From positions 1-64,000 of the IMG/VR virus record IMGVR_UViG_3300013947_000025: a stretch of DNA of 64,000 nt; one strand, written 5' to 3'. Both the position numbers and the translations under genes were made by a program. The DNA is from a virus (Duplodnaviria > Caudoviricetes). Numbering within the stretch: position 1 is the stretch's first letter; each line of letters starts with the position of its first letter. Below are positions 28,586 to 39,063 of the stretch, piece by piece. The notes under the pieces are model-generated. The model made no database searches and had not been told where the DNA came from. It worked only from the letters and a program-made list of their open reading frames with translations.

Positions 28586-28620
28586 AAGGGGTAGTCCGTG
28601 ATGGGCTACCCCCTTTTTTG
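28586..28620. terminator. Terminator-like hairpin after dUTPase
   Basis: AAGGGGTAGTCC-gtgat-GGGCTACCCCC flanked by A/T runs. Confidence 0.6.
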
Positions 28621-28629
28621 TTTGGGCTA

Positions 28630-29055
28630 TTAGTTTGTTCCGGTTGAACCAAAACCGCCTCTATCAGGTGAATCAAGGTTATCAACCTTGACGATATCAA
28701 CAGGTGGCATCTTAGGCATGATGCGGAACTGAGCAATGCGGTCGTTTTTGTGGATGACGGTATCACGTGTTGCAAAAACAGGCATACACCATATGTCGTT
28801 GTTTCCTGAAAAAGAATTGTCTATAACGCCTACAGAATTGGTCTGTATTATGCCCCACTTCTTGAATGTAGAGGAACGTGGCGCAAGATGGGCTTCATAA
28901 CCATCCGGCAACTTCATGGATACGCCAAGGTCGATTAGGGCAAATTCGCCCGCATGAAGTGTATAATCCTTGGATGCCCTAAGGTCTATCCAGTCCCCAT
29001 TAAGAAGTGGCTGAATAGGCTCTATATCAGCATGGTAAAGTATTTCAATTTTCAT
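28630..29055 (-). CDS. dut: dUTPase (trimeric)
   Basis: 'WIDLRA', 'APRSS', 'GVIDNSF', 'RIAQF', 'RGGFGSTG'. Confidence 0.95.
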   Translation of the reverse strand: MKIEILYHADIEPIQPLLNGDWIDLRASKDYTLHAGEFALIDLGVSMKLPDGYEAHLAPRSSTFKKWGIIQTNSVGVIDNSFSGNNDIWCMPVFATRDTVIHKNDRIAQFRIMPKMPPVDIVKVDNLDSPDRGGFGSTGTN

Positions 29056-29626
29056 TTAATATAAGCTCCTTGAATGCGGGTAAAGTTTCGATCCAGCTAC
29101 AGAACACACGCCATTCGGGCAGACGATGATTCTTGCGCTGATAGTAGATGGTTTTAAGCTGACGATAATTTGTGGTCATGCCTGCGGTTATCTTGAATCC
29201 GGCAGGGTTTGAATAAAGCACCTTAAGATAATTTTCAGGTGTGGGGTCGGCATTATATTGTGCAACAAGCGTCTGCACAATTTCGATAATTCTTGGGTCT
29301 GTATATTCAATGTACGCCTTGTCAAGGTCGAACTTTGTGATACGGTGCATAGTTGACTGACTTGACACAAAATCAAGGAAATGGTAACGTTCAGCTTCCA
29401 CCCATGCCTTATTGGTAAAGGTTAAATCAAACTGGACGATAACGCCATTTAACCAGTTATCATGACCCGAGCCTACAGAAGCCCTACCAAGGCTGTAGGT
29501 AGTCTTGGTAGGCTCTGTTGTGCAAGCGTTAGTGTCTGTGGACATGGGATACTTTGAGCGTTTGATGCTCTCCTCAAGCCCATAGACTTGTACGTTGCTT
29601 ATAATGTCCTCAATCTGCATCATCAA
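29045..29626 (-). CDS. ThyX-like (flavin-dependent thymidylate synthase fold) protein
   Basis: 'ERYHF...SSQSTMHR', 'TNYRQLKTIYYQRKNHRLPEW'; sits in a nucleotide-metabolism cluster. Confidence 0.55.
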   Translation of the reverse strand: MMMQIEDIISNVQVYGLEESIKRSKYPMSTDTNACTTEPTKTTYSLGRASVGSGHDNWLNGVIVQFDLTFTNKAWVEAERYHFLDFVSSQSTMHRITKFDLDKAYIEYTDPRIIEIVQTLVAQYNADPTPENYLKVLYSNPAGFKITAGMTTNYRQLKTIYYQRKNHRLPEWRVFCSWIETLPAFKELILNEN

Positions 29627-29945
29627 TCTCCATCATCACATCAATGTGGTCGCTTACTTCCCTGCCTCCGTAGCAATGGCAAACACGCTTGACCTTGTAA
29701 ACAGTACCTGAGCTTACATAATCGTCATAATCGGTGTCATCATTGGTGGGCATATCTATATCAAAGATAACCTGTTCGCCCTTCTTAGGGATGGGGGTAT
29801 GATTGGTAGGGTTGTTGATGATTTCTGCAACAAGGGTCTCGTCACCAAATTCTTCACCTGTCTTGACAAAGAAACGGATGGTATCCTGTGCTGCAAGGGA
29901 GCGCGTGGAAATGCAGTTGTGATCGGTTGCGTATGACTTTGACAT
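29610..29945 (-). CDS. Hypothetical protein
   Basis: Co-oriented ORF with RBS. Confidence 0.5.
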   Translation of the reverse strand: MSKSYATDHNCISTRSLAAQDTIRFFVKTGEEFGDETLVAEIINNPTNHTPIPKKGEQVIFDIDMPTNDDTDYDDYVSSGTVYKVKRVCHCYGGREVSDHIDVMMEIDDAD

Positions 29946-29946
29946 A

Positions 29947-30519
29947 TTAGTTGTTCTCCTTTTTAAGATATTCTAAATTCAAGGTAATGAGTAGTGAGCC
30001 TACTGTATTACCAAGAATTACTGTAATTATGAATGGTAGTGTGTTAAGGTTTAATTCATGGGCTGATATTAAAAAACATATATCAGCGATAGAGTGCTCC
30101 GCTCCGCATAAGATAAAAGCAGGGACTCCAAGTAAAGTATACCAATGATTTTTTGATACGCCTTTAATTATTACACAGGCACTGATAAGAAAACCGCAAA
30201 TTATTGCTCTGCCAAACACGTAAGGTAGCGGTGTGGCAAGTTTGTTGATAATTATATCAGTAGCATTAACAGGAAGGAATAAAATAATTAGACATCCTAT
30301 AGTGTTTCCTACCAAAGCGGCGAGTGCAAATAGAAGCCCTCGCAAGTTACGAGCAAATCCTATAATGCCTGTGAATAAATAAAAGTTAAGTTTCATGATT
30401 GTTATTAGCCCGACAGAAAATAATATTGCGCCCATCATTTTATTGGAGCAATTGATATAGACTGCCGAGCCAATAGCAATCATAATTCCAGCCCATACGG
30501 AATTAACAAGCGTCTTCAT
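29947..30519 (-). CDS. Formate/nitrite transporter (FNT) family channel
   Basis: Multiple TM segments; 'LFTG', 'GNTIG', 'FILCGAEHSIAD', 'GNTVG' FNT signatures. Confidence 0.8.
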   Translation of the reverse strand: MKTLVNSVWAGIMIAIGSAVYINCSNKMMGAILFSVGLITIMKLNFYLFTGIIGFARNLRGLLFALAALVGNTIGCLIILFLPVNATDIIINKLATPLPYVFGRAIICGFLISACVIIKGVSKNHWYTLLGVPAFILCGAEHSIADICFLISAHELNLNTLPFIITVILGNTVGSLLITLNLEYLKKENN

Positions 30520-31036
30520 ATAAGACCATCCTATCAGCGACAAGGGATTGTTGAATGTCAATGACTCGTTGATTCGATGAGCCACGCCATTTCAAAGTAA
30601 GGTCTTTAAGGTTTTTATCAAACTTACCATCAATAAAAACATCGCATGATTTGATAAGTTTCCACCTGAGTTGCGCTTCTATTGATGATGTTTTGGAAAT
30701 GTTCATGACCTCTTCCCATGTGAAGCCTGACCATATCCATATGGTTTTGTTTTTTGCGCGAACGGCGTAAGTAAGCCTGATAAGGTTTATCAATCCTGTT
30801 TCGTCCTGCCATAGGGGGTCTCCCCCTAGAATAGAGAGACCCGATACATAAGGATTGGATACAAGGTTAAGGATTATCTCAATTGTATCTTGTGTAAATG
30901 GTTTGCCGTAATCAAAGTCTTGAGATTCTTCATTGAAGCAATCGGGACAATGAAAACGACAACCAGAGAGAAAAAGGGAAATACGGATACCTGTGCCGTT
31001 AGCAAGATCAAAAGGAAGAATTTTAGTGTAATTCAT
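30503..31036 (-). CDS. nrdG: Anaerobic RNR activase (radical SAM)
   Basis: 'NGTGIRISLFLSGCRFHCPDCFN', 'LGGDP', 'WRGSSNQRVID'. Confidence 0.95.
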   Translation of the reverse strand: MNYTKILPFDLANGTGIRISLFLSGCRFHCPDCFNEESQDFDYGKPFTQDTIEIILNLVSNPYVSGLSILGGDPLWQDETGLINLIRLTYAVRAKNKTIWIWSGFTWEEVMNISKTSSIEAQLRWKLIKSCDVFIDGKFDKNLKDLTLKWRGSSNQRVIDIQQSLVADRMVLYEDAC

Positions 31037-33261
31037 ATTTCAACCCCTGAATGTCTTACTCGCATTTCGACCTCTTGTTGTTTACCTTTGTTAAACGCTG
31101 TTTTGTAGTCGTTAGTAAGATAGCCTGTGACTCTACGAAGTCTCTTGATGTCGTGGCTGTTGCACATGGGACAAATTTCGTTCATTTCATCACAATATCC
31201 GCAGTCCATACACTGGTCGTTAGGAACGTTAATTGCGAAATAAGGAATATCGTTGTCCATAGCATAATTAACAAGAGACTCAAGCCCTTTAATATTGTTT
31301 TTACACGAGGAATCAAGTTCGACATAGGTGATACAACCAGCTGAAGAATAGCCTGTAAGCTGTGACTCTATATCAATCTTTTCAAAAGGTGTTAATTTCT
31401 TCCATACTGGTACGTGCATTGAATTAGTAAAGAAATCTTTGTCCGATATATTAGGGATAACACCGTATTTCTTTTTGAACTTCTGCATGGACGTATAGCA
31501 TAAATTTTCTGCGGGACTATAGTACACACCAAAATTGAGCTTATAATGCTCTTTGAACTCTGCGCACCGATCTTTGAAGAGCTGTTCGATTTTCTTCGCG
31601 AGTTCCATCCCCTCCGGTTCAGTGTGGTCGCACCCGATGAGAATTTGTAACGTTTCCGCAAGTCCAAGTTGACCAAGTGCTAATGTTCCGTGCTTAAGAG
31701 CAGAACGTATTCCTTCTTCGGGAATATAGCCTTCCATTACGCCATTTTCGTACATAAATTTGGCTGAATCGGGTGATTGAGAACATATCCATTCAAAACG
31801 CTCAAGGAGCATATCTTTAGCTTCGTGAATTTTTTGGTCAAGAATCTTAAAAAATTCTGGAATCACAACATCATCAAAATCTTCCGAATATGATGGGTCT
31901 TGCGAAGCTCTCTCTCTTGCCTCCATTGCAAGCGTTGGCATTATAATTGTTACGGGACAAATGTTGCCTCGACCGTCTTTAAGCTGACCGAAGCCGTTTA
32001 TGTCCCATCCGTTAGCGGTGCGACAGCCCATCGTTGCAAATAATGTCTTAGGATCATCTTTATTATATCCTTCGTTGCCCGACCAATCTACATTGGCGTA
32101 ATTGGGATATAATCTAAGACTTGTTGATTTAAGAGCGAGTTTGAACAAATCGTAATTAGGGTCTCCGGGTTTACAGTTAATTCCCTTTGCACACTGGAAT
32201 ATTCCACACGGGAATATGCTTGTACGATGAAGTTTGCCTATCCCCTTAATCGAAACATCAAGTAGTGCTTTAGTAACCATACGCCCCTCAGGTAGAGCAC
32301 AAGTGCCATAGTTGATCGAGGTAAAAGGCAATTGGTTTCCTGAACGGCTTTGCAATGTATTCAAGTTATGATAAAGTCCTTCAACGGCTTGGTAACATTC
32401 CTTAGTGGTCATATCAAGAGCATATTCATACGCACGACCATCTTTGTCAAGTCGTTTATAGTAGTCAAAAGAGTATTCTTTCACGTCAAAGTTTGAGGAT
32501 TCGGAATATACAATATTTTCAATATAATACATTCCGTCTTTGAAGTGCTTATAAAAACTTTTCCTTACATAAGGAATCATTGTCCAGTCAAGATGAGAAG
32601 CACTTACGCCTCCAAACTGCTGTAAAGACTGCAACTGGAATATAACAGCAACCAACTGAAATGCCGTATTGATTGACTGTGCCGAACGCACATCAGTTTG
32701 ACGCGTATTGAAGCCTTGCGCAAGAAGTTTGTCAAAAGGAATTGTTAAGCAATTATGGTCTCCAATAACATAATGTCCTAAATCATGGATGTACACTTCG
32801 TTGTTGAGATGGTTTGCTCGTGCCATTGGCGATACAACGTAATCAAGTGCAAATTGTCTTGCGACAAGATCAGCCATTTCACCCATACGACCACCAAACG
32901 ATTTTTCGTCTATGTTGGCGTTTTGGTTTTGCACATCGGAAGCCATAAGTTTCTCTGACACTGCATTCATGAGCTTTTTGTATTGATTGCGTGCCATTTC
33001 ATGTAATGCACGATATTCAACATATGCTTCTGCTACGTCCTTGTACTTAGAAGCCATTAACTTTTTAACAATAGCATCTTGTATTTCTTCAACGTTAAGC
33101 GTTTTGTTAAGAGCTTCTATTTCGCCTTCAATCTTTTTAACAAATTCCTCTACATTTGAATTGATGTCGTATCCTTTGTCAATAAATGCTTTCAATATAG
33201 CGTTTCGTATTTTTTCGCCTTGAAAGTCAACTTCTGAACCGTCTCTTTTAATAACTCTCAA
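31033..33261 (-). CDS. nrdD: Anaerobic ribonucleoside-triphosphate reductase with ATP cone
   Basis: 'VIKRDG' ATP cone, 'YIHDL', 'TMGCRT', 'RLRRVTGYL' glycyl radical motif. Confidence 0.97.
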   Translation of the reverse strand: MRVIKRDGSEVDFQGEKIRNAILKAFIDKGYDINSNVEEFVKKIEGEIEALNKTLNVEEIQDAIVKKLMASKYKDVAEAYVEYRALHEMARNQYKKLMNAVSEKLMASDVQNQNANIDEKSFGGRMGEMADLVARQFALDYVVSPMARANHLNNEVYIHDLGHYVIGDHNCLTIPFDKLLAQGFNTRQTDVRSAQSINTAFQLVAVIFQLQSLQQFGGVSASHLDWTMIPYVRKSFYKHFKDGMYYIENIVYSESSNFDVKEYSFDYYKRLDKDGRAYEYALDMTTKECYQAVEGLYHNLNTLQSRSGNQLPFTSINYGTCALPEGRMVTKALLDVSIKGIGKLHRTSIFPCGIFQCAKGINCKPGDPNYDLFKLALKSTSLRLYPNYANVDWSGNEGYNKDDPKTLFATMGCRTANGWDINGFGQLKDGRGNICPVTIIMPTLAMEARERASQDPSYSEDFDDVVIPEFFKILDQKIHEAKDMLLERFEWICSQSPDSAKFMYENGVMEGYIPEEGIRSALKHGTLALGQLGLAETLQILIGCDHTEPEGMELAKKIEQLFKDRCAEFKEHYKLNFGVYYSPAENLCYTSMQKFKKKYGVIPNISDKDFFTNSMHVPVWKKLTPFEKIDIESQLTGYSSAGCITYVELDSSCKNNIKGLESLVNYAMDNDIPYFAINVPNDQCMDCGYCDEMNEICPMCNSHDIKRLRRVTGYLTNDYKTAFNKGKQQEVEMRVRHSGVEI

Positions 33262-33272
33262 ATAAAATCACC

Positions 33273-33512
33273 TCATTCATCATATTCATCAATAATTTCA
33301 AGCGCGGTTGTTTCCATACCTGCCTTGTCATGCTCAACGTTATACTCAGTTCCGTATTGTTGACGCATATCTTCCAACATTTCTTCTACTGCTTCGATAC
33401 CTTGTATTGGACTGAGGTTAGCTACATCATCTATAAAAGCGTCTATATCATAACTATCGTCTAAATCAATCACATGGTATCTTTCTACTGTTTCTTTTAG
33501 AATTAACTTCAC
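33273..33512 (-). CDS. Hypothetical acidic protein
   Basis: First gene after the promoter at 33551; RBS present. Confidence 0.5.
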   Translation of the reverse strand: MKLILKETVERYHVIDLDDSYDIDAFIDDVANLSPIQGIEAVEEMLEDMRQQYGTEYNVEHDKAGMETTALEIIDEYDE

Positions 33513-33550
33513 GTCATGCTCTCCCTCCTTTCGTTTTAGGGGATGTATAT

Positions 33551-33610
33551 ATTATACCACATCCCCTACGATTTGTCAATAGGTTTTGAAAAAAATTTTG
33601 AAAAAATTTT
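33551..33610 (-). promoter_or_regulatory. sigma-A promoter TTGACA-17-TATAAT with A/T-tract upstream element
   Basis: -10 at 33551-33556, -35 at 33574-33579, AAAATTTT tracts upstream. Confidence 0.8.
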
Positions 33611-33938
33611 ATCTGTCGGGGTCTTCGTCCATAGGCTTACAAAGCTCAAGGGCTAAAGCGCAATCAATAAGCCAGTTGTCGAACAAGTCACTTTGAACCC
33701 AATCAAGCTCTTCGTATAGCTTGAAAGTCTTGGGGCAGTAGATTCTACTTGCCTTTTCTAAACAATTGCGCCAGCCGCCTGTGCTTGATGTGTAGACCCA
33801 TTGAGTTTCATATTCAAACGATACCTGAAAAGTTTCCTCAAGGCATTCTTTGAAATAAAATAGCATCTTGTCAAAGTCGGTCATATTGTCATCATCAACA
33901 CTCAGCTGTTGATTCTTCGTCTCTTCCATAACGTTCAC
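33609..33938 (-). CDS. Hypothetical protein
   Basis: Overlaps the dnaE 3' end; co-oriented. Confidence 0.45.
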   Translation of the reverse strand: MNVMEETKNQQLSVDDDNMTDFDKMLFYFKECLEETFQVSFEYETQWVYTSSTGGWRNCLEKASRIYCPKTFKLYEELDWVQSDLFDNWLIDCALALELCKPMDEDPDR

Positions 33939-36900
33939 TCCTTATAGTTAAATTATTATCTCCATCAATTGACTCGATTAGAGCCACTTGATGTTGATAG
34001 ATGCTGTTCTTGTATTTCTTTGCAACAAATTCATCGCCGCGCCTATAACCTGCTACAATAATCATCGTGCCGCGATTAAACCACGACTTGTCAAGCACCG
34101 TCTTTTTGCCCTTGTCATCGACTTCTGAGAACTGCTGTTTATACCATGCGAATGTGCCTTGATTAAACTTGACGTTGACCACTTCGTTCTCGGGCGTGAG
34201 GATAGTGACGATATGATGCGCGTCTGTACGTGACAAAACTATGCCGCAAATAGCAGACAATTCGTATTGCCGCCATGTTCTGCCCCGGAAACTACGCTCG
34301 ACAAATTGAGGTTCTTCAGGCAGGTCTTTGTAGTTACTTAGATTATATGCTTTGTAGTCTACATGGGCTAACACGTGTTCACGGCTGAAGAATGAGCATG
34401 AATCGAACGACCAAAGGTTGACATTCTCAACGCCGTCTATAAAGTCATCATACGCCTGTCTACGCCGTGTATTGTTGTATTGTTCAAGAAATTCAGGGGT
34501 ATTGATATACTGCATAAGCGCGTCCATTGAAGGCTTGAGCAGTTTTTCAAGCGACTTGTCAACGACTATCGTCCGGTCATCTTCCTGCCAATAATCCACA
34601 GATTCTGCAAGAGATGAAGCAAGGTTAGCGGTGAAATATTTAAGCGCGCGGTCATCAAGCCAATAAAGTTTCTTTGACTTGTACTGTGGATGATTGCCGT
34701 ACAAAAATTGCTTGCTACAAACGTATTTTAACCACCTATAAGGCGCGGAAAGGTTGCGGGGTATAGATACCTTGCTTGATAGGATTGCGGGCAAATTCTG
34801 CCCATTTACGCCTGTTATTAAAGGCGTTGACAAGCAAATATATTCCTTCATCACGGATATGCGATTGGGATTAAAGCAATCGAAACATCCTGCCTTGATT
34901 AGTTGCTTGATTTTAGATGCTGTGACAAGACTGCCGGGATAGGTGTTACGGATGTAAAAGTCGGCGAATGATGTGTAAGGACGATTAGCGATGATTTGAG
35001 CGGAGATGTCGGAGTTGATACCGGAGATTGCTACAAGCCCATATAGAATCGTCTTCTTATCATGAGCAACCGCAAATGACTGCTTTGCTTCATTGATGTC
35101 AGGGGATGATACCTTAATGCCATTGTTCCACGCCTTGTAGATACTTTGCGCTATTTTACCATAATTGATTGCCGCTGACGCATTTTCGCGTTCATCATCG
35201 GACTGTGATTGAGTGGTGATAACTGCTGTGTTCCAGTAGGCTTTAGGGTAATAGTAGTATAGGTTAAGCTCTTGCAGACACTCTGTCCCATATTCCCTTG
35301 AATGCGAAAAATTGAACGCGTACGACTTCGACATTTCTATCTGTACATTCCACAAATAGTCAAGGAACTTTTTGCTACGTCCACATTTCGCCCCACCCTC
35401 GTATAAGTTCTTCTCGGTTTCCGCAAGCGCGTCGGCAGATTTCTTACTTATAGCTTTTCTTGCTTTATCTGCTGTTTTTAATGAAAAACCACAAACCTCC
35501 TCGTCCATAAGACACACCATCATTGTTTCCTGCGATATACACATTCCACAATAGCGTCCCAACAAACGCTTGAATATAGCTTGCTCTTCATCTGTCAATC
35601 CATAATCGGTCATATCTTTATACCATTCGTTTATATCGTCACGATAGCGAATATATTTATCCATAGGCTGTTCACCGTTAGGCATGGATAGACGCATAAG
35701 ACCGTTAGCGAGCGTTAATTCGTCAAGATTGTTAACGCCTATTTGCTTTAATGCCTTTTTACCAACTGGCGAATCAAACTGAAAGCAATTAAGCATTGTG
35801 GGCAACAAATCCCACATTTCCTTAGTTGTAAAATCAAGATTATCCCAACCTATATATTTATCATACGTTGCCCTAAGACTGCCTTGCCATTCAATCAGCC
35901 CATCATCAAGTAAGAGGTCAAGACACGACCGGATACATTCAAGTGCATCTATTGACAAAAGATCGAGCTTAAGATCGCCGCAATACTCAGCGGCATGAAG
36001 ATTATATTGACTTGTGACTGCGCCAGAAGGGGCTACCATGAATGCACCCGTTTCGGTGAAATCATCTTTCAGCACATTTAGAGCTCCTGCATGAACCCCT
36101 GCGCTAATTTTCATGCCCTCAAATGCGCGTGCTATCTTCAAAAGATTGGGGTATTTGTCAATCTGAGCGATAAATTCAGGCACTTTATCCCGGTTCTTTT
36201 TGGGGTTGCCATAAAGACAGTCATCGAGACTATATATAATACCACGCTTAGATGGTACAAGAGACTTAAGATAACCTATTTCATCATCGGGAATGCCCAA
36301 TCCCTTTCCTGCGCGTTCAAGAGCCGTCTTAGCTGATAATGTCCCCCATGTGACAACTTGGCACACTCTGCGTTCACCATAATAATCCTTGATTGCCTTG
36401 ATTATTTGCTCTTTCTTGAATGATTGAATGTCTATATCCGCGTCAAATAGCGAACTACTACGTGCTGTTGAGCAAAAACGCCAAGGCGGAAAATAATCAC
36501 GATTCTCAGGTAGCATGGGGTCTATGCCTGTGATGCCAAGCAACATATTAGTGACATATGCGCCGTCTGAACCGCGCCCTATGCCTACAAGACTATCACC
36601 CTCTGACCAAATAAGGTCAATATTCTTTTGCACAACGGTAAAGTAATCACACATACATTCACCATCAAATATTTCGCCCAGCCCTTTGACTTGCTCCATC
36701 TCCCAATCAATCTCTTTAAGGTATTCATCAAGATTGATGTCATGAGTAGAAGCGTAATTATACAACCCTTTTTCTACTTCTGAATAGTAGTAAGTTTCAT
36801 GGTTGTTGGAGCTGTTAGCATAATATTTGATGTGCGGATATTTGTCGTAATATTCCTTGTAATAATGTTTAACTTGGTGCTTAGGAATTTCGGGCAACGC

Positions 36901-37827
36901 GGGAACTTTTGTTTTATGTTGTAATCGTATAGACTCTATTCTGTCTGCTATGTCTATTGTGGTTTGAAACAGTACATCAATCTGGTCATCGTCAAAGCAT
37001 ACATGAAGCATATCACGGAGCTCATTGGGCGTAAATAGATAGGTTGTTGCATAGAACTTATCCGGCTCACGCCCGTCCCCGCCATCCTTAGATAGCAGGA
37101 ATGTCGTGTGTGTCAATTTGTCCTCGGGGCGCATATAGTGACTGTCTGTGGTAACTATAATCGGTATATTGAACCGTGTATGCAATTGCCAAAGGGCTTT
37201 ATTTACTTTGACTTGTTCTGTGTTATCGTCATGGCAAGGTTGACATTCAAGGTAAAAATTCTCTTTACCAAAAGTTGATTGACACCAATCAATGAACTTT
37301 AATGCGCCCTCGCCATCATCGTTAAGGATATACTTAGGAAGTCTGCCACCCAAGCAAGCAGAGCTACAAAGTAAATGCCCCTTGTCGTTGCCTACAACCT
37401 CTTCAAAATCGTCATAAAATGATGGTCTTCTGAGCAATCCACGATAGGTGTAACTTCTTAACCAAGCGCGTGATGAAAGCTCATACATTTGTTTGAGTCC
37501 GATTCTATCCTTAACATAGACCATGAAATGCCAATACGTAGGACGTTCTGTTTCAGAATTGATAAGGTCATTTTCTTCTTTGCTTATAAGGTAAAATTCA
37601 TTGGCAAAAATATGAACAAATTTATGCTCAGGCTTGATTTCATCTATAGCTTGCTCAAGGTCAACATATCCAGCTACTGATTGATGGTCTGAAACGGCAT
37701 AGCCATATAAGCCATTTTCATAACACCATTTAACATAATCGGATACGTGACCTATTGCATCGGGGAAACGTAGAACCGCTGAAGAGTATTCGGAATGCCC
37801 GTGTAAAGAAGCGTATGTGTTAATCAT
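33895..37827 (-). CDS. dnaE: DNA polymerase III alpha subunit
   Basis: PHP 'LHGHSEYS', 'TTDSHY', 'GIGRGS', 'DADIDI', 'KLDLLS', 'SYAFNFSH'. Confidence 0.95.
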   Translation of the reverse strand: MINTYASLHGHSEYSSAVLRFPDAIGHVSDYVKWCYENGLYGYAVSDHQSVAGYVDLEQAIDEIKPEHKFVHIFANEFYLISKEENDLINSETERPTYWHFMVYVKDRIGLKQMYELSSRAWLRSYTYRGLLRRPSFYDDFEEVVGNDKGHLLCSSACLGGRLPKYILNDDGEGALKFIDWCQSTFGKENFYLECQPCHDDNTEQVKVNKALWQLHTRFNIPIIVTTDSHYMRPEDKLTHTTFLLSKDGGDGREPDKFYATTYLFTPNELRDMLHVCFDDDQIDVLFQTTIDIADRIESIRLQHKTKVPALPEIPKHQVKHYYKEYYDKYPHIKYYANSSNNHETYYYSEVEKGLYNYASTHDINLDEYLKEIDWEMEQVKGLGEIFDGECMCDYFTVVQKNIDLIWSEGDSLVGIGRGSDGAYVTNMLLGITGIDPMLPENRDYFPPWRFCSTARSSSLFDADIDIQSFKKEQIIKAIKDYYGERRVCQVVTWGTLSAKTALERAGKGLGIPDDEIGYLKSLVPSKRGIIYSLDDCLYGNPKKNRDKVPEFIAQIDKYPNLLKIARAFEGMKISAGVHAGALNVLKDDFTETGAFMVAPSGAVTSQYNLHAAEYCGDLKLDLLSIDALECIRSCLDLLLDDGLIEWQGSLRATYDKYIGWDNLDFTTKEMWDLLPTMLNCFQFDSPVGKKALKQIGVNNLDELTLANGLMRLSMPNGEQPMDKYIRYRDDINEWYKDMTDYGLTDEEQAIFKRLLGRYCGMCISQETMMVCLMDEEVCGFSLKTADKARKAISKKSADALAETEKNLYEGGAKCGRSKKFLDYLWNVQIEMSKSYAFNFSHSREYGTECLQELNLYYYYPKAYWNTAVITTQSQSDDERENASAAINYGKIAQSIYKAWNNGIKVSSPDINEAKQSFAVAHDKKTILYGLVAISGINSDISAQIIANRPYTSFADFYIRNTYPGSLVTASKIKQLIKAGCFDCFNPNRISVMKEYICLSTPLITGVNGQNLPAILSSKVSIPRNLSAPYRWLKYVCSKQFLYGNHPQYKSKKLYWLDDRALKYFTANLASSLAESVDYWQEDDRTIVVDKSLEKLLKPSMDALMQYINTPEFLEQYNNTRRRQAYDDFIDGVENVNLWSFDSCSFFSREHVLAHVDYKAYNLSNYKDLPEEPQFVERSFRGRTWRQYELSAICGIVLSRTDAHHIVTILTPENEVVNVKFNQGTFAWYKQQFSEVDDKGKKTVLDKSWFNRGTMIIVAGYRRGDEFVAKKYKNSIYQHQVALIESIDGDNNLTIRSERYGRDEESTAEC

Positions 37828-38470
37828 TTACTTCTTCCTCGAAAGTTTTTACCCACTCTTTAGCCCAATAATAACCCTTATATTTCGTGCCGTTTCTACA
37901 AGCTTTACACAATGCTGAATGGGCTTTGGTATGAAGGAACTTCTTGGCTTCTGTTACCGATGGAAAAATCTTTATTACATTTTTGTCATCATCAAGCATA
38001 TAGACACTTCTACCATTTATAGCATTCTCACCCGACTTGCCCCACATACCGTTCTTTTCGCCCGGACGCGCACAGCTTTCGCAAAACTCTTCGTCAAAAG
38101 CCTCAGGATGCTCTGTAACGTATTTCTTGCGTATTTCTGCCATACGTTGTGCGGTATTTTCATCTATTGCGTTTCCGCTCTTTTTGTTGTAGACTTTGTC
38201 ATATTTCTTAAAAGCGTCACGCGTGTACCACTCCTCTATCATAAAACGATGCCGTGGTTCACAAGTGTCTATAAGTTCTATTGTAAAATCTTCATTTTTC
38301 TGTTTGCGCATATCCGTGTACATAAGATTTGATTCAACACCAAGGCGTGCGCGCTTAAAATGCCCTTTTAATCGTGTTTCAATCTTATCTGCTAATGTTG
38401 AGCCGATATAGACCCAACCATTCGTTGTGTTAGTAATCTTGTAAATCTTAGCAACTTTTTCTTCACTCAT
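37820..38470 (-). CDS. GIY-YIG homing endonuclease with NUMOD-type C-terminus
   Basis: 'KIYKITN...VYIGST', 'GEKNGMWGK', 'IFPSVTEA...YKGYYW'. Confidence 0.85.
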   Translation of the reverse strand: MSEEKVAKIYKITNTTNGWVYIGSTLADKIETRLKGHFKRARLGVESNLMYTDMRKQKNEDFTIELIDTCEPRHRFMIEEWYTRDAFKKYDKVYNKKSGNAIDENTAQRMAEIRKKYVTEHPEAFDEEFCESCARPGEKNGMWGKSGENAINGRSVYMLDDDKNVIKIFPSVTEAKKFLHTKAHSALCKACRNGTKYKGYYWAKEWVKTFEEEVND

Positions 38471-38772
38471 CCTTCGTCCTCCTCATCTAATTCAACCCCT
38501 ACCCTTCCATAGCCCGGCTTAAACCATTCAAATGTCTCTTCAGGATGTTCCTTGACAAACTCTCTTAAAGCGTCTACACATCCACACATCTGATAATTTT
38601 CACTTTCTATTGCGAACTCGTCCATCCGATTGTGGCACTTGGATTCTATCGACCTTGAGGTAACAACTTCCCAACCTACGTGATTAAGAAGCATATTGTT
38701 AGTCAACGTATGTCTCATGGTCGTACTGCGCCAGTTTTCCTTGACTTCGCTCACAAAAAAATAATTTTTCAT
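38467..38772 (-). CDS. Hypothetical protein
   Basis: GAGGTG RBS; first gene after the promoter at 38822. Confidence 0.5.
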   Translation of the reverse strand: MKNYFFVSEVKENWRSTTMRHTLTNNMLLNHVGWEVVTSRSIESKCHNRMDEFAIESENYQMCGCVDALREFVKEHPEETFEWFKPGYGRVGVELDEEDEG

Positions 38773-38821
38773 AATCTCACCTCATAAACAAAATTGGTAG
38801 CCCTTGTTTTGGACTACCAAT

Positions 38822-38882
38822 ATTATACCACTTTTTTGATTGTTTGTCAAGGGGTTTTAAGAAATTTCTTGAAAAATTTTTT
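38822..38882 (-). promoter_or_regulatory. sigma-A promoter TTGACA-17-TATAAT with A/T tracts
   Basis: -10 at 38822-38827, -35 at 38845-38850. Confidence 0.8.
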
Positions 38883-39063
38883 ATTCTTTACTTTCCTCAA
38901 ACATCCAGTCCCGCCGCATAGCCAAGATTGAATTGCCCACCAACGTGATAGGCTTTATCATCTGCTTTGCGGGATTCTTCGATTAGCCAATCTTTGAATA
39001 GCTGAACTATGATGTTATCGTAGATTAGTTCGGTGAATGCTTGTTTTGCTTCGTCAAAATTGC

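Noticed and set aside
31033-37827. Inteins or introns in nrdD and dnaE
   Set aside because: Continuous ORFs with no intein splice or LAGLIDADG motifs noticed. The GIY-YIG gene is free-standing upstream of dnaE.
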